A stretch of 64,000 nt of DNA, from the NCBI GenBank assembly GCA_963748505.1, contig CAVVJH010000001.1, positions 73,124 through 137,123 of the forward strand. Reading direction: 5' to 3'. The stretch comes from Candidatus Dormiibacterota bacterium. Lineage in GTDB: Bacteria > Chloroflexota > Dormibacteria > Aeolococcales > Aeolococcaceae. The notes under the pieces were generated by a model. It was not told the origin of the DNA and ran no database searches. It was given only the letters and a program-made list of their open reading frames with translations. Shown piece after piece: positions 30,361-40,033 of the stretch. The position numbers and the translations under genes are program-made. How positions within the stretch are numbered: the first letter of the stretch is position 1; every line of letters begins with the position of its first letter.

Positions 30361-30679
30361 CTACGCCGACGCCGCGCCGAGATCGTGGAGGCGCTCATAG
30401 GTGTAGATGCCGGTGTTGTGGCCGTCGGCCCAGACCGCATTCAACCCATACGCGCCCACCAGCGAGATATCCGCGAGCTCGTCCTCGCCCGGATGCAGGT
30501 CCGGGTCGGAGCTGAACCTGCCGCGAAAACCCGGTTCGCCTTTGCACGCGGCGCAGGGGCAGGCGCGGCGGAGCACCGCAAACGGGAATGTGGTGCGCGG
30601 CGCCGTCAGACCACTCGATCAGCAGCGACCGATGCTTCTCGTCGTAGTCGAAGCGCAGCGGCCGGAGATCAGGTGCCAC
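30361..30679 (-). CDS. DUF971 family protein; one apparent frameshift
   Basis: LRPLRFDYDEKHRSLLIEWSDGAAHHIP (ORF 30395..30679), then LRRACPCAACKGE...YGLNAVWADGHNTGIYTYERLHDL (ORF 30361..30576). Confidence 0.55.
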
Positions 30680-30699
30680 GGGTGCGCCCGGGATGAGGG

Positions 30700-31028
30700 T
30701 TAGCGGAGCACCGACTGGAGCTTCATCGCCAGCCCCATGTCGCCCTTGATCTTGATCTTGCCGCTCATGAACGCCATGGTGCGGGTCGAGCTTGTCCGTC
30801 GGCCAGGTCGACGAAGTCCTCGGACTTCATGCTGATGGTGATGTTGGGGTTCTCCGGTGCCCCTTCGCCAACGTCGGCGGTGCCGTCTTTCAGGGAGATG
30901 TGGTACTGACCCGGCTGCTCGCCGCCGAGGTCGAACGCGTAGACAGCGTTCATCCCGGCGACCTTGGAGGGGTCGGCGGCGATGCGGGAATTGATCCCGT
31001 CGAAGACCTCAGATGCGGTGGATGGCAC
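30700..31028 (-). CDS. SCP2 sterol-carrier-like domain protein; one apparent frameshift near 30780
   Basis: VAGMNAVYAFDLGGEQPGQYHISLKDGTADVGEG...KSEDFVDLADGQ in ORF 30765..31028. Conserved C-terminus TMAFMSGKIKIKGDMGLAMKLQSVLR* in an adjacent frame (stop 30700-30702). Confidence 0.6.
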
Positions 31029-31193
31029 AGCTGCGACACTCCCTTGCGAGATTGGCGGAGTCCGGATGCGGCCCGGGCTCGATCCAGTCTACCGAGTGTC
31101 GCACTGCTGGCGGAGCGGGTCTCACATGCTGCGCCGCAATTGCTCTCGTGTAGGCCCATATGAACGCGGGTACACTCGCAGCATGGTTCCTGG

Positions 31194-31642
31194 ATGTGGG
31201 TGGTCTGGCTGCTGGCGGGTCTGGTCCTTGTCGGTCTCGAAGTCCATACCCAGGCGTTCTATTCACTCTTCCTCGCGCTCGGCGCCTTCGCCGCGACCGT
31301 CGTCGCGATCTTCCCCACCGAGGTCTGGCTGCAGGCAGTCGTCGCTGCCGCCGTCGCGATCATCGGGACCATGGCGGTGCGTCCGACGCTGGCGCGCATG
31401 TCGGCTCGCCACCTCGGTCCGAAACTCACGATGCCCGGTGCATCCGACAACCTGGTCGGCCAGCCCGCCCTGACGCTCGAACCTGTCGGCGACGAGAATC
31501 ACCCCGGTCATGCACGGCTGTTCAACGAGCGCTGGCTGGCCGTGACGACCGACTCCCGGCGGCGTGCCGCGCGCATCAGCAGGTCACCGTCGTCGAAGTG
31601 CGCGGCACCACGCTCGTGGTCGCGCCCCCCAAGGGAGGCTGA
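31194..31642 (+). CDS. NfeD-family membrane protein (partner of SPFH proteins); one apparent frameshift near 31560
   Basis: N-terminal TM helices, GHARLFNERWLAVTTD, and C-terminus QVTVVEVRGTTLVVAPPKGG* in ORF 31160..31642. Confidence 0.6.
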
Positions 31643-31648
31643 ACTACA

Positions 31649-32807
31649 GTGGACAACAGGGGTCTGGTCACCGGCGATCATCGTCATCGTCCTGCTCATC
31701 GTGGTCGCCATCCTCATCGGTGGCGCGGTCCGCGTGGTCCCGCAGGGATTCGCCGGCGTGGTCACGCGTTTCGGTCGATTCCGGCGGGAATCCCAAGCCG
31801 GTCTGACGATCATCACGCCGTTCATCGACAAGCTGCTCCGGGTCGACATGCGCGAGACGCCGCGCACCGGCGACCGGCAGGACGTGATCACCCGCGACAA
31901 CGTCGCGGTCGCGGTGAACGCGACGATCTTCAGCCAGGTCATCGAGCCGCGCGCCGCGCTGTTCAACGTGTCGGACTACCTCGTCGCCATCGACCAGCAG
32001 GCCCGCACCACGCTGCGTAATGCCTTCGGCAACGTCAGCCTCGACGAGGCGCTCTCGTCCCGCGAGCAGATCAACGCCGCGATGCAGCAGCAGATGGAGC
32101 AGGTCACCGACAAGTGGGGCATCCGCATCAACCGGATCGAGATCGTCGACATCTCGCCGCCGGTGCAGATCCTCCAGGCGATGGCCCTGCAGAAGCAGGC
32201 CGACCAGGAGAAGCGCGCGCGCATCCTGCAGTCGGAAGGTCAGCAGCAGTCGGCGGTGAACATCGCTGACGGTAACCGGCAGGCCGCAATCAAGCAGGCA
32301 GAGGGCGAGCGGCAGGCCGCCATCCTTCGAGCAGAAGGCAACCGGCAGGCTGCGATCCTCGAAGCAGAAGGCCGCGCTCAGGCGATCTCGACCGTGTACG
32401 GATCGATCAAGGCCGCGCAGCCGGATCCGACCCTGGTCGCGATCCTCCAGCTCGACACCTTGACGAAGTTCGCGGAAAGCCCGAACGCCAAGCTGGTGGT
32501 CCCCGCCGAGACTTCCGGGCTGCTCGGCGCTGCGCAGGTGCTGCGCAGCGTGCTTGGTGACGCGCCCGGGCTCGAGCCGCCGACCGTCGTCACCGTGCCC
32601 GTCGACCAGCTGAGCGGAGCCTCGCCGGTGGCCGGGCAGAGCTCGCTTTTCGGCGCCGACCCGAGCGTTCCGGACGGAGCCGCCGCGAACTCTGCGCCAC
32701 GCGCCGCTGGCGACGCGCATGCGTCCGCGCACCTTCGACGAGTTCGTCGGTCAGCACCGTGCCATCGGGGCCGGCACGGTGCTTCGCCGCGCGGTCGACG
32801 CAGGTGA
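31649..32807 (+). CDS. SPFH/band-7 (stomatin-like) protein; apparent frameshift just after the GTG start; 3' end uncertain (overlaps rarA by 89 nt as drawn)
   Basis: AAGGGAGG RBS 9 nt before the GTG at 31649. TM helix [17 protein letters not shown] then [18 protein letters not shown]...[17 protein letters not shown]... plus coiled-coil ([20 protein letters not shown]) in the 31194..32807 frame. Confidence 0.65.
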
Positions 32808-34009
32808 GGTTCCCTCGATGATCCTCTGGGGTCCGCCGGGGAGCGGAAAGACCACGCTCGCGGCGCTGATCGCGCGGCGCGACCAGCGCGACATTCGAAG
32901 CCGTCAGCGCCGACCAGCGCCGGCGTCGCCGACCTGCGCAAGGTCGTCGAGCGCGCGCGACGAGCGCCTGCGCGACGGGGACGGAGGACGGTCCTCTTCA
33001 TCGACGAGATCCATCGCTTCAACAAGACCCAGCAGGACGCGGTGCTCCCGCACGTCGAGAACGGGACGGTGACGCTGCTCGGCGCCACCACCGAGAACCC
33101 GTCGTTCGAGGTCAACGCGGCGCTGCTGTCGCGGAGCCGCGTGATCCGCCTGGAGGCGCTCGGAGCCGGAGGATCTGCGCAACCTCATCGAGCGGGCGCT
33201 GACCGATGCCGAGCGCGGGCTCGGCGCGCAGCACGTGGCGGTCGACGCCGGAGGCGATCGACCGGCTGGTCGACTCTCTGCGGCGGTGACGCGCGGATCG
33301 CGCTCAACTCCCTGGAGCTCGCCGTGCAGGCGGCGCGCGAAGGATGCGTCGGGGGTCGTCCGCGTGACGGTCGCCGACATCGAAGGCGCGCTGCAGAACC
33401 CGGCGCTGCTCTACGACCGCGCCGGCGACCAGCATTACTGGCTGGTCTCCGCCTTCATCAAGTCGCTGCGCGGCAGCGATCCGGACGCCGCGGTGTACTG
33501 GCTGGCGCGCATGCTGGAGGCGGGCGAGGATCCGCTGTTCGTCGCGCGCCGCATGGTCATTCTCGCAGCCGAGGACGTGGGCCTCGCCGACCCGCACGCG
33601 CTGGGCGTCGCCGTCGCCGCGCAGCAGGCGGCGCACTTCGTCGGCATGCCCGAGGGATTCCTGCCGCTCGCCGAGGCGGCGCTGTATCTCGCGGCGGCGC
33701 CGAAGAGCAACAGCGTGCTGCGCGCCTATGTCGCCGCGTCGGCGGACGTGGCGGAGACGCTGCATCAGCCGGTGCCGCTCCACCTGCGCAACGCGGTGAC
33801 CGGCCTGGGTCGCGCGATGGGCTATGGCAGCGGCTATCGATACGCGCACGACCATGAAGGCGGAGTGGTCGAGCAGCAGCATCTGCCCGAGTCGCTTCGC
33901 TGGTCGCCAGTACTACGACCCATCGGACCATGGAGCCGAGCGCGAGGTCACCGAGCGCCTGCGAGGCGCATCCGAGAGACGCTGGCAGCGGCGCGAATCC
34001 GAGTCTTAA
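32719..34009 (+). pseudogene. rarA: replication-associated recombination protein A (RarA/MgsA AAA+ ATPase), at least 4 apparent frameshifts
   Basis: [48 protein letters not shown] (Walker A). Sensor region [33 protein letters not shown] (ORF 33042..). MgsA_C region [43 protein letters not shown] (ORF 33235..). Tail AGRQYYDPSDHGAEREV (ORF 33824..34009). Confidence 0.65.
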
Positions 34010-34248
34010 GACGATTGGCCTAGCGGCGCCGGGATGCCGCCCGGGCTGACCATCATCGCGACGGGAATTCACTTCTTTGAAACGCAAGTCCCCCTGATAG
34101 GCGGGCGGGCGCCGACCCAGTTCAGTGGTTTACCCTCGCGGGCTCCCCCTCCCCGCGGCACCGGGTGTATCGCGGTTCTGCTGGGTCGGTGCCACCGCCG
34201 ACTTCTCTCTCCAGAGTTAGAAATATTCAGTTAGGCTGGGCTACGACC

Positions 34249-34894
34249 GTGGAAGTTCAACCCTACCCCAATCCCATTCGAGTGCTCATCGTTGATGATC
34301 ACCCATTGGTGCGGCGAGGGCTGACCTCACTCCTGAACGGGACCACCGACATCAAGGTGGTCGGCGCGGCGTCGGACGGCGAGGAGGCCGTCGCGTACGC
34401 GGTCGAGGAGCATCCCGACATCGTCCTCATGGATATCTCGATGCCGGGGATGAACGGGTTCGAGGCGCTGCGCACGGATGCTCAAGGCGGTGGCCGGGAC
34501 CAAGGTCGTAATGCTCACGTCGTACTCCGAGCACGACATGGTGGTCGAGGCCATCGACAACGGCGCGGTCGGCTTCCTGCTCAAGGACACCGAGCCGCAG
34601 GAACTCCTCAACGGCATTCGCTCGGCCGCCAAGGGCGACACGCCGCTCTCGCCCAAGGCCGCGAAGGAATTGCTCCGCGATCGCATCAAGCGGCGGCCGC
34701 TCGACGACCTGACTCAGCGCGAGCTCGACGTGCTTACGCTGGTCGGGCGAGGGATGAGCAACAAGCAGATCGCGTGGCGTCTGGGGATCAGCGAAAAGAC
34801 GGTCAAGGCGCATCTGGGATCGGTCTTCGACCGCCTCGGCGTTGAGGATCGCGTCCAGGCGGCACTGTGGGCGCAGCGCCACGGGATCATCTAG
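34249..34894 (+). CDS. NarL/FixJ (LuxR-type) response regulator, orphan; one apparent frameshift near 34480
   Basis: Receiver domain VLIVDDHPLVRRGLTSLL...DIVLMDISMPGMNGFEAL (GTG start at 34249). LuxR HTH in ORF 34478..34894 (LTQRELDVLTLVGRGMSNKQIAWRLGISEKTVKAH). No histidine kinase gene adjacent. Confidence 0.7.
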
Positions 34895-36177
34895 CGCTCG
34901 AGCTCGCCCGCCCCGGTAGTCAGCCTGGGCTGGAGGCGGCGACGAACGGCGCGCGCGAAAGCGCCGGCGGTCTGGTCGAGATCGGCGGCGGTGTGGACCG
35001 AGGAACAGAACGCGCTCGCGTTGAGGAGATCGACGCCTTCGATGCGCATCTCGTTCGCGATGCGTGCCTGGGCGCGAGGGTCGTCGAGGAGCACGTGCAG
35101 GATGCTGCTGTAGCGCCGGATCTCACCGTTGATCCCGGCGGCGGCCAGCGCGCCCGTCCACTCGGCTTCGAGGCGGACGCGTAGGCCTCGGCGGTCCGCT
35201 GCGGGACGCCGTTGGCAATGATCCCGAGGGTGGCAATCCCTGCGACTGCGCTGAGAGGGTTCGCGTTCCAGGTGCCGGGGTGGCGAATGGTGGTGGCGAG
35301 CAGCTCCAGGAGGTCGCCACGGCCGACCACGGCGCCGGCGGGCATTCCCCCGGACATGACTTTGCCGATCACGCTCAGGTCCGGAGAGAATCCCCAGCAC
35401 TTCCTGCATACCGCCCGGCGCGACTCGGAATCCGCTCACGACCTCGTCAAACACGAGCAGGGTTCCGGTGGCGGAGCAGGCGTCGCGGGCCATGCTGATG
35501 AACGATGGTGCCAGCGGCAGTTGACCGTAGTGGGCGCCTGACGCTTCGAAGATGACCGCGGCGACGTCGCCGCCGGCGAGGGCTGCCAGAAGCGCTGCCG
35601 GGTCATCGGCGGGGACGACCGTGGTCAACGCTCCGAGCGCGTCGGGCACGCCGGGTGGTGTGCGCTCCACGCCGTCCGCATCGAGGTACGGGCTCACGAC
35701 ATCCGACCAGCCGTGAAAGTGTTCCTGGAGTTTCACGATGCGATCCCGGCCGGTCGCAACGCGAGCGACGCGAAGCGCGAGCATCGCCGCCTCCGTTCCG
35801 GACGCGGTGAAGCGAACCTTCTCCGCTGACGGCACCATCGAGACGATCAACTCCGCCCACTCGACCTCGAGCGGGTGCGCGGCGCCGTAGTGCGTCCCGT
35901 TGGTCATCTGTTCGCGCAGTGCGGCGACCACTGTCGGGTAGGCGTGCCCGAGCAGGAGCGCACCGTGGCCCATCGTGTAATCGATCATCTCGGTGCCGTC
36001 GACGAGCCACTTGCGCGATCCGCTCGACCGCTGCACGTAGATGCGCGGGTCGTAGGTTCGGGCGGTGTGCGTCGCGCCGCCGGGGAGCACGCGACGCGCG
36101 CGCTCGGCGAGATCGGTATGGCCGCGCGTTCGCACGCTGTCCGTCACAGACACGCGCTCGAGGATACGCGGCGTCAA
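34891..36177 (-). CDS. class III (omega) aminotransferase, glutamate-1-semialdehyde aminomutase-like; two apparent frameshifts
   Basis: N-terminus and PLP core (LLVFDEVVSGFRVAPGGMQEVLGI) in ORF 34891..36177. Lys region IGKVMSGGMPAGAVVG in ORF 34920..35372. C-terminus back in the first frame. Confidence 0.7.
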   Translation of the reverse strand: MTPRILERVSVTDSVRTRGHTDLAERARRVLPGGATHTARTYDPRIYVQRSSGSRKWLVDGTEMIDYTMGHGALLLGHAYPTVVAALREQMTNGTHYGAAHPLEVEWAELIVSMVPSAEKVRFTASGTEAAMLALRVARVATGRDRIVKLQEHFHGWSDVVSPYLDADGVERTPPGVPDALGALTTVVPADDPAALLAALAGGDVAAVIFEASGAHYGQLPLAPSFISMARDACSATGTLLVFDEVVSGFRVAPGGMQEVLGILSGPERDRQSHVRGNARRRRGRPWRPPGAARHHHSPPRHLEREPSQRSRRDCHPRDHCQRRPAADRRGLRVRLEAEWTGALAAAGINGEIRRYSSILHVLLDDPRAQARIANEMRIEGVDLLNASAFCSSVHTAADLDQTAGAFARAVRRRLQPRLTTGAGELER

Positions 36178-36242
36178 GGCAACGGTGGGGACCGAGGTGC
36201 TCTGGTGCGCGGCCCGCTACCATGCACCGACCAGGAGTCACG

Positions 36243-37173
36243 AATGGTCACTGTGCAGCCGGAGGAATGGCCGGCACTTCCTTACAACGAGTGGCGGGCA
36301 ACCCGCGACACCCTGCACATGTACACGCAGGTGGTTGGCAAGCTGCGCCTTGCGCTCAGCCCCTTCGAGCCCGAGTGGGCCAACGTTCCGCTCTACGTCA
36401 CGGCACGCGGTCTGTGGACCTCACCGATGCCGGTCGGCCTTCGGACGATCGACGTCGAGTTTGACCTCGTCGATCACCTGCTGATCATCCGGGGCAGCGA
36501 CGGACATCTTGAGCGACGCCCACTCGGTGGCGCGGTCGCTGATTTCTATCGGGACGTGATGGCCGTGCTGGGGCGTATGGATGTTGACGTTGCGATCTCC
36601 GTAGTCCCCTCGGAAGTCGCGGACCCGATTCCGTTTCCAGAGGACCAGACGCACGACACCTATGACCTCGCCCAGGCGGCGCGCTTCCATCACGTGCTGA
36701 CGATGGTCGATGTTGTCCTGAAACGGCACCACGCGCGATTTCGGGGGCGAACCACTCCGGTGCAGTTCTTCTGGGGAACGTTCGACCTGGCGCTGACACG
36801 CTACTCCGGCCGGCGCGCGGAGGCGACCCCCGGCGCCGGCGTGATCGGCCGCGTCGGCCAGGACGCTGAGGAGATCTGTGCCGGATGGTGGCCCGGCAGC
36901 GAGGGTGTCCCGTACCCCGCGTTTTACGCATATGCGTATCCAGCGCCCGAAGGCCTCGCCTCGGCCGCCATCCGCCCTGGCGGCGCTGCGTGGAGCGACG
37001 ACGCGGGGGAGTTCCTCTTTCCCTACGATGCGGCCCGCGCGGAGGACGAGCCTTCCCGTGCCATCCTTGCCTTCTTCGAAAGCACCTATGCGGCCGCAGC
37101 CAGCGCGATGGGGTGGAACAGCGAACTCGTCGACGTCGCCGCCCCCGGTCACCACCGTCACGTCAGTCCATGA
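36243..37173 (+). CDS. DUF5996 family protein
   Basis: WRATRDTLHMYTQVVGKLRLALSPFEPEWANVPLYVTARGLWTSPMP signature. Start MVTVQPEEW at 36243; the longer ORF from 35875 is antisense to the neighbouring gene. Confidence 0.75.
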
Positions 37174-37185
37174 AGAGGGTTTCCG

Positions 37186-37482
37186 ATGACGAACTCGTGC
37201 GCGCACCTCGACCAGATCGCTGACGTCACGCCATCGGGGAATGGCTGTGTCGACTGCCTTGCGCAGGGAAGGCACGACTGGGTGCATCTCCGCGTCTGCC
37301 AGGAATGCGGCCATGTCGGCTGCTGTGACAACTCTCCCGGGAAGCACGCGACTGCGCACAACCGCTCAGTGGGCCATCCCATCATCCGGTCCTTCGAGCC
37401 TGGAGAGGACTGGTACTACTGCTATCTGGACGACCTCATGTTCGAGCTCGACGATGCGCCTCCCGCGCCGTCCCATTCGTAA
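37186..37482 (+). CDS. UBP-type zinc-finger (zf-UBP) domain protein
   Basis: CAHL...CVDCLAQGRHDWVHLRVCQECGHVGCCDNSPGKHATAHNRSVGHP: Cys/His spacing of the zf-UBP fold; 98 aa. Confidence 0.8.
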   Translation: MTNSCAHLDQIADVTPSGNGCVDCLAQGRHDWVHLRVCQECGHVGCCDNSPGKHATAHNRSVGHPIIRSFEPGEDWYYCYLDDLMFELDDAPPAPSHS

Positions 37483-37515
37483 GTTCCGCCAGCCAGCCAC
37501 CACTGAGGACTGCAC

Positions 37516-37707
37516 ATGACTGAAGAAGTCGACGATACGACGGCATCCGAACTGGGACGCGCACTCCTGCGCTGGGTGATCGACGAAGATCCAGCGCACG
37601 TCGCAAAGTTCGCGCCCGACCTCAACGCAAGCGCCGTCGATGACGCACGGGCTGCGCGTTTGGGGCATGCCCTGGCGGACTTGCTGCAAGGGCTCGACGT
37701 CGCCTGA
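37516..37707 (+). CDS. small acidic hypothetical protein (63 aa)
   Basis: GAGGA RBS 8 nt before ATG. Asp/Glu-rich. Follows the zf-UBP gene by 33 nt. Confidence 0.45.
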   Translation: MTEEVDDTTASELGRALLRWVIDEDPAHVAKFAPDLNASAVDDARAARLGHALADLLQGLDVA

Positions 37708-37834
37708 CGCCCCGCGCGGGAACACCCAGCAGCGTCAGGAAAACGACGCGCTGGCTGGGAATTGGCGACGCCCGTCGGTGCCCGATTTGGCCTGAGTGCG
37801 CCCCCTCGGTCGACGGGCGTCTGAACCTCCTAAT

Positions 37835-37848
37835 GTACGCTTGCGTAC
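37835..37848. promoter_or_regulatory. perfect 14-bp palindrome GTACGCTTGCGTAC, candidate operator site
   Basis: Located in a 450-bp intergenic region, 33 bp upstream of ORF 37881..38123. Confidence 0.4.
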
Positions 37849-37880
37849 CAATCCCTGCCTGAGTAGCATCTGACATCACC

Positions 37881-38123
37881 ATGACCGCCGCGGCGGATGC
37901 CAGCGCGATTGCGAGGCGTCTCGCGCGTCTCGCACTGGCTCATGCGGCCGAATGCCCAGACTGCATCCTTCGGCGTGGTCGGGACAGCCACCACCCGAGG
38001 ATCGAATTCTGCGAGGCCGGACTGGAACTTTGGACCGAATCGCAGGCATGGACTCGGGGAGGCGACGGCGTGCACTTGACGACGCCCGATGGGGTTCCCT
38101 CGCCTCGTGCGGTTGCTTCGTAG
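37881..38123 (+). CDS. small Cys-containing hypothetical protein (80 aa), doubtful
   Basis: CPDC...C..C spacing. No obvious RBS. Confidence 0.3.
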   Translation: MTAAADASAIARRLARLALAHAAECPDCILRRGRDSHHPRIEFCEAGLELWTESQAWTRGGDGVHLTTPDGVPSPRAVAS

Positions 38124-38152
38124 AAGCTCGACGGAGGAGTGTCAAAAAAATT

Positions 38153-38226
<74 letters not shown>

Positions 38227-38439
38227 GCTGTATCCGGGTCCGCGTCGTGCGCCGAGCCCTGATCCTGGGACAGTCTACCCGCGGGCGCTGAACACCGAGA
38301 CTGATGTCAATCGCGCACTCCGGCTCTGACGAACCCAGGAGAAATTGCCTCTTGCGTCGTTTGCTGCGATCGCCAATACTGGAGATCAGCGGCGCGGGGA
38401 GGCGCCGGTCGGGACCGAGGAGCAACCAGGAGGAGTCAG

Positions 38440-38604
38440 GTGTCGACTGTGTCGAGCGACCTCCGCAGCCGGCAGCGGACGCGAAACTGGACGACCTACG
38501 GCGTCATGCTGGCGATCGTCGTCGTGCTCGTCATCGTGGTGCACACGGTCGGCGGTGAGGCCGGTCATCTCGTGACCAAGGTGAGCCTGGGTCTCGATCA
38601 CTGA
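38440..38604 (+). CDS. small single-TM hypothetical protein (54 aa, GTG start)
   Basis: AGGAGG RBS 6 nt upstream. VMLAIVVVLVIVVHTV helix. Lies between the two tRNA genes. Confidence 0.3.
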   Translation: MSTVSSDLRSRQRTRNWTTYGVMLAIVVVLVIVVHTVGGEAGHLVTKVSLGLDH

Positions 38605-38618
38605 CCGGGAAATACCCG

Positions 38619-39257
38619 TCAGGCCGCTGACGTGTGCGACGTGCCGTTCGCGCCCGGCTCCGGTGGCATCACAAATGCGACCTCAAGGGCATCAGCAAGG
38701 GCACGGAGCCGCGCGTAAAAGCCCGCGGTGTGCGGTGAGCGGGGGAGGCGCAGGCCCGCGAAATCGTGGTGATGCTCCCATTCGTGCAGCAAGGTGTTGA
38801 GAAATACCTTGGTGGTGATGACCTGCTGACGCACTGCGGTCTTGTGATAGATCCGGATGCGCGCCTTGGTGACCTCGCCGGCGGTGAAGGTGCACCGGTA
38901 GTAGCCGTAGGTCTTGCTCTGCAGCCGCTGCCCGTTGTGCGCATGCACCTGGGCCCGATCCGCGACCACCAGCTCGCAGGCCGGAAGCCCGGCCAGCGCG
39001 TCGAGCTCGTCGATGAGCAGCTGGCCGATCCTGGTGCGCTCGCGATGGTCTTCGGAAGCGTCGAGGATACCGACGGCGAGTCCACGGGCGATCGGGCTCG
39101 GTTGCACGGGGAGCCCGGTGGCGCTCTGGCTCCGTCGGTACGCGGCGTCGGGACGTCGACCGAACATCTGCTCCCGAGTATACGGCTCGTCCCGAAGACC
39201 TGAGGCGGACGTTGCCGCAGCCAACCGCGCCCCGTGCTCGACCACCCGGCGACCCAT
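38619..39257 (-). CDS. putative zinc metallopeptidase-like protein (HExxH motif)
   Basis: TLLHEWEHHHDF contains HEWEH. Start taken at MGRRVVEH; the longer ORF would run through tRNA-Leu. Confidence 0.55.
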   Translation of the reverse strand: MGRRVVEHGARLAAATSASGLRDEPYTREQMFGRRPDAAYRRSQSATGLPVQPSPIARGLAVGILDASEDHRERTRIGQLLIDELDALAGLPACELVVADRAQVHAHNGQRLQSKTYGYYRCTFTAGEVTKARIRIYHKTAVRQQVITTKVFLNTLLHEWEHHHDFAGLRLPRSPHTAGFYARLRALADALEVAFVMPPEPGANGTSHTSAA

Positions 39258-39269
39258 AGAATCGGCAGT

Positions 39270-39353
39270 GCCGGGCTGGCGAAATGGTAGACGCGGCGGT
39301 CTTAAAAACCGCTGGGGGAAACCCCGTTTCGGGTTCGAGTCCCGAGCTCGGCA
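39270..39353 (+). tRNA. tRNA-Leu (anticodon TAA)
   Basis: GCCGGGCTGGCGAAATGGTAGACGCGGCGGTCTTAAAAACCGCTGGGGGAAACCCCGTTTCGGGTTCGAGTCCCGAGCTCGGCA. Long variable arm, anticodon loop CTTAAAA. Confidence 0.85.
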
Positions 39354-39497
39354 GGGATATCCGGCCGTTTGCGTGCCGGTGACTGACCCGCTGCCGGCGG
39401 CCGCGGCGGCCGTACGCGTTGCCGGCCGAAGTGCGAGCTGCGCCCCTGGTGGGTACGCCACCGCACGGAAAGCGCGCGTCTCACTCTGTCACCATTC

Positions 39498-39713
39498 GTG
39501 CCGATGCCCCCTTACGCGCGAGAGGGAGGCGGTTTGCACTGTGACCGTTGTGGCAGTGAGCAACTCGTCCCTTTATCCGCTCCCGTCTTCCGGCGCAAGA
39601 CCGGTTATCTCCCGGACGAGGCGCTCGTGCGACCCATGGCCAAGTGCGTCGGGTGCGGCGAGCGCATCTACGCGTCCGTCCTGTATCGAGAGCGCGCCCC
39701 GCGTCAAAGCTGA
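39498..39713 (+). CDS. small zinc-ribbon protein (two CxxC pairs), 71 aa
   Basis: CDRCG ... CVGCG. Confidence 0.45.
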   Translation: MPMPPYAREGGGLHCDRCGSEQLVPLSAPVFRRKTGYLPDEALVRPMAKCVGCGERIYASVLYRERAPRQS

Positions 39714-40033
39714 CCCGGGATGGGCATGCCACGCACCCGAGGGGCGGCGGCACCGTACCGCGATGGAAGGCGACAGCGACCTGCGCGCCAAGGCGTCAGA
39801 TCCCGACCTGATCAGCCTCCGGTCGTTGCTCGTTTGGCACGCTCGCGTGCCTGCTCGAGTTCGACAAGACGCTGTCCCGGCCGCGGCATCGGCAGCTCGA
39901 AGCGCTGGACATCCTGCGGTTCGGACTGCGCGTGGACCGGCGCGTCAGCGCGGTGACGAACGGCCGATCCGCGGACGGTCAGCCCCTGAGCCAGGGAGAG
40001 TCGGTCCCGATAGGTGAGCATCATTGGCGCGTC

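Noticed and set aside
34010-34248. 240-bp intergenic region upstream of the response regulator containing an AT-rich patch (GTTAGAAATATTCAGTTAGG) and GC hairpins; considered as a possible riboswitch/sRNA
   Set aside because: No recognisable riboswitch consensus. It is more simply the regulator's promoter (AT-rich -10 region) plus a post-rarA hairpin.
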